Assembly: GCA_965206595.1 (NCBI GenBank)
Contig: OZ242214.1
Coordinates: forward strand, 3,744,001 to 3,808,000
Source of the DNA: Candidatus Latescibacterota bacterium
Lineage (GTDB): Bacteria; Latescibacterota; UBA2968; UBA8231
Direction of reading: 5' to 3'
Length of the DNA: 64,000 bases
Below the pieces are notes generated by a model. It saw only the letters and a list, made by a program, of their open reading frames with translations. It searched no databases and was not told where the DNA came from. This document shows, in pieces, positions 1 through 8,606 of this stretch (position 1 is its first letter; every line of letters begins with the position of its first letter). Both the position numbers and the translations under genes were made by a program.

Positions 1-2737
1 AGAGAGGGACGACCGTGTGGGTGTGGTCCAACGCCCGCTTTCCCAGCTGCCGGGTCCGCTTCAACCAGAGTCCTTTCAGGGCCGGCTGCAGCGTCAGATT
101 CCCCCAGCGCCACGTGTAGTCGGCCTGCTGCACCCACGCGAGGGAACGGATCCGGTCCCTGACTTGCTCCGAACCGTCCCCTAGCCGACCCCCGTACTGC
201 CGGTTGTGTTCCAGTTTCATCCGGGTGACGATCCGCCAGCCGGGAAGCCACCTCAGGGTGCCCGATATGTACAACCGGTTCGCCAGGCTGTTGCGATAGT
301 GCAACGGATCGAAGGTGAACGTCGGAAAATACGCGAATCGCCCCTCATCGTTCCTGAGGAATCTCTGGTCTACGTTCGCGGCCGCCGCCGTCCAGCTGAA
401 CACGTCATTCGGAACATCGTCCCACACCCGCTTCAGCTCGTTCTCGATCAGCCATTCCCCCACCTCGGGACGCTCGCCGCTGTAGTGCAGCCGGAGGTAG
501 CCCTGGTCGTTGCGGCCTCCGCCGGCAATCTGATGAGATTTCAGCCAGCCCGCCGTCGCCTCTGCGCCTGTCCATGGCTTCCAGCGGACATAACCATGCC
601 CCCCCCGCAGATCCCGGTCATACGGAAAGTCTTCCTTGCGGTCGTCCTCGCGCTCGTCCACGACATCGTTGTTGTTGAAATCCAGACCGTACACGTATTC
701 ATCCGGATCCACCTGGTAGAGCAGGAAAGGCTCCAGATAATCCGGCAGCCCGTTCAGGTTGCGGTTGGTATCCGGGATACCGTCGTTGTCCGCATCCTGT
801 CCGGGGAACACGGCCAGATCACGGGGGGCCGCGCCGCGGACCTTGAGCTCCGGGTTGGCGTCCCCATCATCGTTGTCCTCGACAAGAGAGAAGAAGGTCG
901 TCCTGTTCCTCACGTAGGGCTGGCCTCCTCCAAGCCCCCCGACATCACCAGGCCGCTTCATCATTCGCTCGTTGAACCTGGGCCCGATGGAAAACAGCTC
1001 TGCCCCGAAACCGTAGCGCGCCCTCTCCCGCTCGAGTTGAACGTACGCGGCCCGATCCCGAGCGTCGTGGCGCTCGCCGTTGCCCTCGTAGAGGGGAGGG
1101 TCCGGGTCGGTGCTCCCCGGGATGGAAGGCAGCTCCTGCCCGGGCACCCCGTCCCGGTAGCGGCTGTATCTGATGCTCTCGGCAAACTCCCCACGCATCC
1201 GCAGACCTGCGAGGTCCAGGGCCATGTTCGCGCCCCACACCGATTGCCCGGTCTCATTGCCGATCGAAATCCGTATCCGCTCGACATTCGACAGATCCTG
1301 CACATTCCCCTCTGCACGACGCACCGTCTTGTAGAACGGCGCCTCGTAGCGATCATCATGCGGAGTGCCTTCCCTCGCATTCACCACACCGATGTCGGCG
1401 ACCTCGATCCGGTAGTCATTACCCAGGGACGCCTCCACCTCCACCGAGCGCACGTGGGTCAACCCCTCCAGATTGAAGTAGTACACCAGGGCTTCGGTCC
1501 CGTCCGCGCGCTGAACCTGCCTCGGGTCTTCCCAGCCTATGAACCTCACCAGCCGATCTACGTCGGCGGACTCGGCCACCTCATCATCATTATCCGGGTC
1601 GTCGTCCGCAAGATTCTCCGCGTGATCCTTCCGAAACAGGTAGTCGGCATACAGCGGTTTTTCCATCTCGAAATAGGGATTGTTCGGGTTGCTCCCTGCG
1701 GTGGGATCGTAGTAGAAGCTGGGCCGGAAAGTCCCCTGGAGCGTCGTCGTCCCGACCACCGTGAACCTGTTATCCAGGTCCCGACGTATCACGTCCGGCG
1801 CTAGGTCCGGGCGCGGTTGACCATTGACCACCAACTGCACCCCGTACACGACGGGACCACCTCGTCCATCGCTCGGCGAATCGTCCGAGATCCGCACCGC
1901 AATGAGGGCCGGGATCGGCTGCGTGGCGTGCAGATCTCCCTTCAAGGCGGTCATCGGCGTGCGTACATCGAAGAAGTGCAGGTTGGCAAAGGTGGCGCCC
2001 AACCGCAACGGCCCCGTCTCGCGATCATAGTGTCCGGCCAGGATAATCGCCGAATCGTCGCCACCTCCATGTAATCCTCTTCCGTCCGAATAGCCCAAAT
2101 ACTGATAGGAGGCTACCAGGCTCAGGGCATCGCCGAAGGGGGTCAGAATGTCTCCCCGGGCGCCCTGTAGCGACACTCGATTCAGCGTCAGCGGCGTGAA
2201 CCGCGTGATGATCCCATGGGTCCAGAACCCACGAGTACCAGCCTGGGAAAAGATCAGATTGCTCGCCCATCCCGAGTAAGTCTGCCCGCCCATGGACAAG
2301 ACCCCGTGAAAGTTGGCGAGATTGGATTGAATACGACTGCTTCCACTGCGGATGTCGCCCGTCCTGGATTGTTCCGCGTTCCAGGTGGCCACTTGCCGAC
2401 CGCTGATCAGGAAGTTGCCGAGCGGATCGTAGATGTTGGACCACGGCGGCACACCCGACAGCGATTCGTAGTTGCGATACCCCGTGAAGGCGTAGTTCCG
2501 ATACACCTCCCCCGGGTCCCCCAGGAACATCCGATCCGGCACGACCGAGGGCACTTTCGGCGTCTCCTTCCACCGACGCTCCACCGTCCACAGCTCCTCC
2601 TCCTGGGCCTCAACCCACCTCGCTTCCCCCCCTATGGCAACCGTCATCGCCACCAGATAGAGGGCGGCAGAAACACGCCTTCTTCGATAGCCGTACCGGC
2701 TCCCTGCCTCCTCCGTTCTTTTGCCTTTACGCACCAT
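1..2737 (-). CDS. Secreted/outer-membrane protein, paralog 4 of unnamed Asp-rich beta-barrel-like family (3' end runs off window)
   Basis: Missing from the ORF track because it has no stop in the window. Manual translation from ATG 2737: MVRKGKR...ALYLVAMTVAIGGEARWVEAQEEELW...YRNYAFTGYRNYES...YDPLGNFL...VEDNDDGDANPE...VFPGQDADNDGIPDTNRNLNGLPDYLEPFLLYQVDPDEYVYGLDFNNNDVVDEREDD..FPYDRD, matching motifs in the neighbouring paralogs. Confidence 0.85.
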   Translation of the reverse strand, partial: MVRKGKRTEEAGSRYGYRRRRVSAALYLVAMTVAIGGEARWVEAQEEELWTVERRWKETPKVPSVVPDRMFLGDPGEVYRNYAFTGYRNYESLSGVPPWSNIYDPLGNFLISGRQVATWNAEQSRTGDIRSGSSRIQSNLANFHGVLSMGGQTYSGWASNLIFSQAGTRGFWTHGIITRFTPLTLNRVSLQGARGDILTPFGDALSLVASYQYLGYSDGRGLHGGGDDSAIILAGHYDRETGPLRLGATFANLHFFDVRTPMTALKGDLHATQPIPALIAVRISDDSPSDGRGGPVVYGVQLVVNGQPRPDLAPDVIRRDLDNRFTVVGTTTLQGTFRPSFYYDPTAGSNPNNPYFEMEKPLYADYLFRKDHAENLADDDPDNDDEVAESADVDRLVRFIGWEDPRQVQRADGTEALVYYFNLEGLTHVRSVEVEASLGNDYRIEVADIGVVNAREGTPHDDRYEAPFYKTVRRAEGNVQDLSNVERIRISIGNETGQSVWGANMALDLAGLRMRGEFAESIRYSRYRDGVPGQELPSIPGSTDPDPPLYEGNGERHDARDRAAYVQLERERARYGFGAELFSIGPRFNERMMKRPGDVGGLGGGQPYVRNRTTFFSLVEDNDDGDANPELKVRGAAPRDLAVFPGQDADNDGIPDTNRNLNGLPDYLEPFLLYQVDPDEYVYGLDFNNNDVVDEREDDRKEDFPYDRDLRGGHGYVRWKPWTGAEATAGWLKSHQIAGGGRNDQGYLRLHYSGERPEVGEWLIENELKRVWDDVPNDVFSWTAAAANVDQRFLRNDEGRFAYFPTFTFDPLHYRNSLANRLYISGTLRWLPGWRIVTRMKLEHNRQYGGRLGDGSEQVRDRIRSLAWVQQADYTWRWGNLTLQPALKGLWLKRTRQLGKRALDHTHTVVPL

Positions 2738-2752
2738 GCAGTGTATCCCGGC

Positions 2753-5638
2753 CTATAGAGATCGCGACACCGCGGTCTTCCGCCCTTCCGAGGCCCTCAG
2801 CCCTACAACCATGCGGACGAAGAAGTGTGAGTAGTCTATGTCCTCGATCCCGCGACTGCGATCGTCCATCCGGCGCCGCTTGAGCTGATAGCCGGCGTTG
2901 AAGCTCATTTCGTATCCGCTGTACGACGAGGTGTTGGTCACCATCGCCAGATAGTCCTGCGATTCGTAGTCAGCCGAATCGTTCAAAATGTCCCGATAGC
3001 GACCCGGCGCCTGCACCCCGAGCTTCACCACCGTATTGGGACTCAGCCTGAAGTCCAGCCGCAGAATGGGATAGTAGTGCACCTCGTGAGCCGGCAGCAC
3101 CACCGCTTTCCGATCCGTCGTCCTCCGGGCCATGTACTTCAGCTGGGGCCGGACCGTCCAGTTCCCCCGGGTCCACACGTAATCCGCCGCGATCACCGAG
3201 GTCCAGTCCTGGATCCGGTTGGCCTTCTGGACCGACGTTTGCCGCTGGAAATTCAGATTCAGTTTCGCATTCGCGCGCACGCTGAATCCCGGAAACCACT
3301 TCAGGCGGCCCTCCACAAACGTCGTATTCACCACGCTGTTGCGCATGCGCAGGGGCCGGTCCTGATACCACGTGATACCGATGCCGATCAGATCATCGGG
3401 GTTCACCCCGCGAGTGCCCACCGGAGTGATCGGTCCCAACGGCCCGAAGGTGTCGTCATGGGAAAATCGATACAGTTCGTCGGGGATGGTGTCCTTGACC
3501 CTCTTCAGAAAGTTGACCGCCTGGATCCTGCCCAACGACGGCTCGTCCCTGGTGTACTCCGCCTTGCCATACCTCATCCAGTTGCGCCCCCCGCCCAGGA
3601 CCTGACGCAGGTCGAGCATGCCCAGCCTCAACTGCAGCCCGTTGTCCCAACGCCCCCCGCTGAACAGGTGAAAACCTTCCGAATCCCTGTCGTAGGGGTA
3701 GTCGGGCTTGTCGTCGTCCTCGCGGCGGTCGATCACCCCGTTGTTGTTCATGTCGTCCCCGTAAACGAAATCGTCGGGATCGACATAGTAGAGCAGAAAG
3801 GGCTCCAGATAGTCCGGCAGACTGTTGTTGTTCTGGTTGATGTCCGGACGGCCGTCCAGATCTCCATCCAGTCCGGGAAATACGCCGTCGCGGTCGGCGA
3901 ACGCCGGCAGGAAGTGGTTCTCCGGGAAGACATCGCGATCGTCGTTGTCGTCCACCAGATCCAATTCCATGGTGTTGTTGCGCGTCTCGTCGACCGTCCC
4001 GCCCAGATCGGTGAAAAAGGGCACGCCGCCGTAAAGCGCCAGACTCCCATCTTGAATGGAGAGCGTCGTCGTGTAGTGCGGGGAGATACTGAACAGCTCT
4101 CCTCCCAGAAAACCCGGCCCTACGTCCTTTTTCACGTTGACGTAATACGCTTCCGCCCGGCGCTGGTGGTAGCGCCCCCCCAGGTCGGAATACTGTCTGA
4201 AGTCCCAGTTCAGGTCATACTCGGCGCTCAACTGAAAACCCAGCACCGCCGTCGAAAGGGTTACCCCACCGACGGTGACCCCCGTCTGCCGACCGTAGTC
4301 GAACCCCACCCAACCCAGATTGCTCAGGTCCGTCACGCGCCCTTGGGATCCGGCAACCCGGTAGAAATACGTCGCCCGGTTTCGATCCTGAGGCCGGTTC
4401 GACTCCTTGCTCACGAGACCAGCCACAAACACCTCCGACACGCTGATCTCGTAGTCGTTGGCCACCAGCGCCTCGAAACGAACCTCCCGCGCCCCCGCCT
4501 CGGGCATGGCGAACCAATACAACAAATACTCCGTGCCGCTGGCCTCCAGCCCATCCGCCCCCGCCGTCTCCGTGGGCAGAAAAGGCTCCGGCGCTGCCGC
4601 GCTCTTGATGAACTCCACATACGGAGGAATCGTACGGCCGCGCGGGAAGAGCCGGTCGTTGTTGGCGTTGGCCCCCAGGTTGCTCTGCTCGAGCACCTCC
4701 GTATCGTGACGCGTGATCACAGGACGAAGGTCGTCCCTCGCTGCGCCGTTGATAAACAGGCGCACATCGAACACACGCGCCCCTTGCCCATCCCGCTCCG
4801 TCTCATCCGCTATCTTGACCACCAGGTATTCGATGAACGACGGCCGCCGCGCTACCCCGATCCCTCCCGGATCGTGAACCGGAAGGGTGCCCTTCAAGCT
4901 GTTCTGGGCCAGCCCAACCTGGGTGTCCACCCGAAACTGATTCAGATACGAAACCCCCACATCGAACATCCCTACACGGGTCTGGCCGTGGCCACCCAGC
5001 AGAAACGCCGCCAACAAGCTTCGGGACAGACCCCGAACCTCCTCCACCCTCTGATCGTAACCGACGTTGTCTTCGTACGAAAAGATGGCCTCCAGCTCGT
5101 AGATGGGCCGGTCCAGACGCGAGGTCACCAGGGTTAAGCCGTGGCGCCCGAAATCCCAATCCCAGCGAATCCCGTTCAAAGCTGCCATGTCCATCGCCAA
5201 TGAAGAAAAACGCGTGCGAATCCGATCCCCTATGATGAGCCGCTGGTTGGCGCCGACGTAGGTGTCCTTGGCCAGAACCAGTCGGGCCAGGAATTCGTGA
5301 TAAAGCAGACTCTTTTTGAGTCGGCTGCCCGGATCACGGGCTTCCGTCGTCGGATCGTCGAACACCGGATGAGACTCGGACAGCCGGTAGAGCTCCACCC
5401 CGTCCATGAGCAGGTTGCCGAAATCATCGAAAACCAGCGTCGTCGTGCGATCGAACTCCTGGCGCCCCGTCCTGCGATAGCCCTGTAGCCCGTAATTCTC
5501 ATACTCCGGCACCGGTCGGGACAGAAGAGAGCGGCGCGATACCAGCTGAGCCCCACCCTCACTCGGCCACAGGAGGACCACGCTCAGCACCAGAGACACA
5601 GGGTCTGGTCTTTTTCCTTTAAGCACGATACAGCGCAT
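2753..5638 (-). CDS. Secreted/outer-membrane protein, paralog 3 (961 aa)
   Basis: Long ORF, signal peptide ending EGGA-Q, DxDxDG-type Asp-rich block, amphipathic beta-strand C-terminal region (HFFVRMVVGL). Confidence 0.85.
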   Translation of the reverse strand: MRCIVLKGKRPDPVSLVLSVVLLWPSEGGAQLVSRRSLLSRPVPEYENYGLQGYRRTGRQEFDRTTTLVFDDFGNLLMDGVELYRLSESHPVFDDPTTEARDPGSRLKKSLLYHEFLARLVLAKDTYVGANQRLIIGDRIRTRFSSLAMDMAALNGIRWDWDFGRHGLTLVTSRLDRPIYELEAIFSYEDNVGYDQRVEEVRGLSRSLLAAFLLGGHGQTRVGMFDVGVSYLNQFRVDTQVGLAQNSLKGTLPVHDPGGIGVARRPSFIEYLVVKIADETERDGQGARVFDVRLFINGAARDDLRPVITRHDTEVLEQSNLGANANNDRLFPRGRTIPPYVEFIKSAAAPEPFLPTETAGADGLEASGTEYLLYWFAMPEAGAREVRFEALVANDYEISVSEVFVAGLVSKESNRPQDRNRATYFYRVAGSQGRVTDLSNLGWVGFDYGRQTGVTVGGVTLSTAVLGFQLSAEYDLNWDFRQYSDLGGRYHQRRAEAYYVNVKKDVGPGFLGGELFSISPHYTTTLSIQDGSLALYGGVPFFTDLGGTVDETRNNTMELDLVDDNDDRDVFPENHFLPAFADRDGVFPGLDGDLDGRPDINQNNNSLPDYLEPFLLYYVDPDDFVYGDDMNNNGVIDRREDDDKPDYPYDRDSEGFHLFSGGRWDNGLQLRLGMLDLRQVLGGGRNWMRYGKAEYTRDEPSLGRIQAVNFLKRVKDTIPDELYRFSHDDTFGPLGPITPVGTRGVNPDDLIGIGITWYQDRPLRMRNSVVNTTFVEGRLKWFPGFSVRANAKLNLNFQRQTSVQKANRIQDWTSVIAADYVWTRGNWTVRPQLKYMARRTTDRKAVVLPAHEVHYYPILRLDFRLSPNTVVKLGVQAPGRYRDILNDSADYESQDYLAMVTNTSSYSGYEMSFNAGYQLKRRRMDDRSRGIEDIDYSHFFVRMVVGLRASEGRKTAVSRSL

Positions 5639-8502
5639 CCTGAATCGTCATCACCTGGGTCACGTCCCTGCGTTCCGTGCAACCGCGGTCTTCCGCCCTT
5701 CCGAGGCCCTCAGCCCTACAACCATGCGGACGAAGAAGTGTGAGTAGTCTATGTCCTCGATCCCGCGACTGCGATCGTCCATCCGGCGCCGCTTGAGCTG
5801 ATAGCCGGCGTTGAAGCTCATTTCGTATCCGCTGTACGACGAGGTGTTGGTCACCATCGCCAGATAGTCCTGCGATTCGTAGTCAGCCGAATCGTTCAAA
5901 ATGTCCCGATAGCGACCCGGCGCCTGCACCCCGAGCTTCACCACCGTATTGGGACTCAGCCTGAAGTCCAGCCGCAGAATGGGATAGTAGTGCACCTCGT
6001 GAGCCGGCAGCACCACCGCTTTCCGATCCGTCGTCCTCCGGGCCATGTACTTCAGCTGGGGCCGGACCGTCCAGTTCCCCCGGGTCCACACGTAATCCGC
6101 CGCGATCACCGAGGTCCAGTCCTGGATCCGGTTGGCCTTCTGGACCGACGTTTGCCGCTGGAAATTCAGATTCAGTTTCGCATTCGCGCGCACGCTGAAT
6201 CCCGGAAACCACTTCAGGCGGCCCTCCACAAACGTCGTATTCACCACGCTGTTGCGCATGCGCAGGGGCCGGTCCTGATACCACGTGATACCGATGCCGA
6301 TCAGATCATCGGGGTTCACCCCGCGAGTGCCCACCGGAGTGATCGGTCCCAACGGCCCGAAGGTGTCGTCATGGGAAAATCGATACAGTTCGTCGGGGAT
6401 GGTGTCCTTGACCCTCTTCAGAAAGTTGACCGCCTGGATCCTGCCCAACGACGGCTCGTCCCTGGTGTACTCCGCCTTGCCATACCTCATCCAGTTGCGC
6501 CCCCCGCCCAGGACCTGACGCAGGTCGAGCATGCCCAGCCTCAACTGCAGCCCGTTGTCCCAACGCCCCCCGCTGAACAGGTGAAAACCTTCCGAATCCC
6601 TGTCGTAGGGGTAGTCGGGCTTGTCGTCGTCCTCGCGGCGGTCGATCACCCCGTTGTTGTTCATGTCGTCCCCGTAAACGAAATCGTCGGGATCGACATA
6701 GTAGAGCAGAAAGGGCTCCAGATAGTCCGGCAGACTGTTGTTGTTCTGGTTGATGTCCGGACGGCCGTCCAGATCTCCATCCAGTCCGGGAAATACGCCG
6801 TCGCGGTCGGCGAACGCCGGCAGGAAGTGGTTCTCCGGGAAGACATCGCGATCGTCGTTGTCGTCCACCAGATCCAATTCCATGGTGTTGTTGCGCGTCT
6901 CGTCGACCGTCCCGCCCAGATCGGTGAAAAAGGGCACGCCGCCGTAAAGCGCCAGACTCCCATCTTGAATGGAGAGCGTCGTCGTGTAGTGCGGGGAGAT
7001 ACTGAACAGCTCTCCTCCCAGAAAACCCGGCCCTACGTCCTTTTTCACGTTGACGTAATACGCTTCCGCCCGGCGCTGGTGGTAGCGCCCCCCCAGGTCG
7101 GAATACTGTCTGAAGTCCCAGTTCAGGTCATACTCGGCGCTCAACTGAAAACCCAGCACCGCCGTCGAAAGGGTTACCCCACCGACGGTGACCCCCGTCT
7201 GCCGACCGTAGTCGAACCCCACCCAACCCAGATTGCTCAGGTCCGTCACGCGCCCTTGGGATCCGGCAACCCGGTAGAAATACGTCGCCCGGTTTCGATC
7301 CTGAGGCCGGTTCGACTCCTTGCTCACGAGACCAGCCACAAACACCTCCGACACGCTGATCTCGTAGTCGTTGGCCACCAGCGCCTCGAAACGAACCTCC
7401 CGCGCCCCCGCCTCGGGCATGGCGAACCAATACAACAAATACTCCGTGCCGCTGGCCTCCAGCCCATCCGCCCCCGCCGTCTCCGTGGGCAGAAAAGGCT
7501 CCGGCGCTGCCGCGCTCTTGATGAACTCCACATACGGAGGAATCGTACGGCCGCGCGGGAAGAGCCGGTCGTTGTTGGCGTTGGCCCCCAGGTTGCTCTG
7601 CTCGAGCACCTCCGTATCGTGACGCGTGATCACAGGACGAAGGTCGTCCCTCGCTGCGCCGTTGATAAACAGGCGCACATCGAACACACGCGCCCCTTGC
7701 CCATCCCGCTCCGTCTCATCCGCTATCTTGACCACCAGGTATTCGATGAACGACGGCCGCCGCGCTACCCCGATCCCTCCCGGATCGTGAACCGGAAGGG
7801 TGCCCTTCAAGCTGTTCTGGGCCAGCCCAACCTGGGTGTCCACCCGAAACTGATTCAGATACGAAACCCCCACATCGAACATCCCTACACGGGTCTGGCC
7901 GTGGCCACCCAGCAGAAACGCCGCCAACAAGCTTCGGGACAGACCCCGAACCTCCTCCACCCTTGAATCGTAATGGACGTTGTCTTCGTACGAAAAGATG
8001 GCCTCCAGCTCGTAGATGGGCCGGTCCAGACGCGAGGTCACCAGGGTTAAGCCGTGGCGCCCGAAATCCCAATCCCAGCGAATCCCGTTCAAAGCTGCCA
8101 TGTCCATCGCCAATGAAGAAAAACGCGTGCGAATCCGATCCCCTATGATGAGCCGCTGGTTGGCGCCGACGTAGGTGTCCTTGGCCAGAACCAGTCGGGC
8201 CAGGAATTCGTGATAAAGCAGACTCTTTTTGAGTCGGCTGCCCGGATCACGGGCTTCCGTCGTCGGATCGTCGAACACCGGATGAGACTCGGACAGCCGG
8301 TAGAGCTCCACCCCGTCCATGAGCAGGTTGCCGAAATCATCGAAAACCAGCGTCGTCGTGCGATCGAACTCCTGGCGCCCCGTCCTGCGATAGCCCTGTA
8401 GCCCGTAATTCTCATACTCCGGCACCGGTCGGGACAGAAGAGAGCGGCGCGATACCAGCTGAGCCCCACCCTCACTCGGCCACAGGAGGACCACGCTCAG
8501 CA
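2769..8502. repeat. Tandem direct repeat 2769-5589 / 5682-8502 (2821 bp, offset 2913)
   Basis: Direct comparison. Shadow ORFs in other frames are also identical between copies. The only mismatches seen are 5051-5053/7964-7966 and 5061-5062/7974-7975. Confidence 0.95.
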
Positions 8503-8563
8503 ACCACACACTGAACAATAACCCCCTGCGTATAGACACATTCCTATGCGTCACTGCCCACAA
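5660..8563 (-). CDS. Secreted/outer-membrane protein, paralog 2 (967 aa), near-identical to 2753-5638
   Basis: Translation identical to paralog 3 except the signal peptide, the last few residues and GYDQ vs HYDS. Confidence 0.85.
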   Translation of the reverse strand: MWAVTHRNVSIRRGLLFSVWLLSVVLLWPSEGGAQLVSRRSLLSRPVPEYENYGLQGYRRTGRQEFDRTTTLVFDDFGNLLMDGVELYRLSESHPVFDDPTTEARDPGSRLKKSLLYHEFLARLVLAKDTYVGANQRLIIGDRIRTRFSSLAMDMAALNGIRWDWDFGRHGLTLVTSRLDRPIYELEAIFSYEDNVHYDSRVEEVRGLSRSLLAAFLLGGHGQTRVGMFDVGVSYLNQFRVDTQVGLAQNSLKGTLPVHDPGGIGVARRPSFIEYLVVKIADETERDGQGARVFDVRLFINGAARDDLRPVITRHDTEVLEQSNLGANANNDRLFPRGRTIPPYVEFIKSAAAPEPFLPTETAGADGLEASGTEYLLYWFAMPEAGAREVRFEALVANDYEISVSEVFVAGLVSKESNRPQDRNRATYFYRVAGSQGRVTDLSNLGWVGFDYGRQTGVTVGGVTLSTAVLGFQLSAEYDLNWDFRQYSDLGGRYHQRRAEAYYVNVKKDVGPGFLGGELFSISPHYTTTLSIQDGSLALYGGVPFFTDLGGTVDETRNNTMELDLVDDNDDRDVFPENHFLPAFADRDGVFPGLDGDLDGRPDINQNNNSLPDYLEPFLLYYVDPDDFVYGDDMNNNGVIDRREDDDKPDYPYDRDSEGFHLFSGGRWDNGLQLRLGMLDLRQVLGGGRNWMRYGKAEYTRDEPSLGRIQAVNFLKRVKDTIPDELYRFSHDDTFGPLGPITPVGTRGVNPDDLIGIGITWYQDRPLRMRNSVVNTTFVEGRLKWFPGFSVRANAKLNLNFQRQTSVQKANRIQDWTSVIAADYVWTRGNWTVRPQLKYMARRTTDRKAVVLPAHEVHYYPILRLDFRLSPNTVVKLGVQAPGRYRDILNDSADYESQDYLAMVTNTSSYSGYEMSFNAGYQLKRRRMDDRSRGIEDIDYSHFFVRMVVGLRASEGRKTAVARNAGT

Positions 8564-8606
8564 CTCCCATGGTGCCGTTTGCGCCCAGGCATAAACGGCA
8601 CAGCCA

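Noticed and set aside
5051-7975. Diversity-generating retroelement TR/VR pair as explanation of the near-identical copies
   Set aside because: Mismatches are not adenine-specific on either strand, both copies are full genes, and there is no reverse transcriptase in the window
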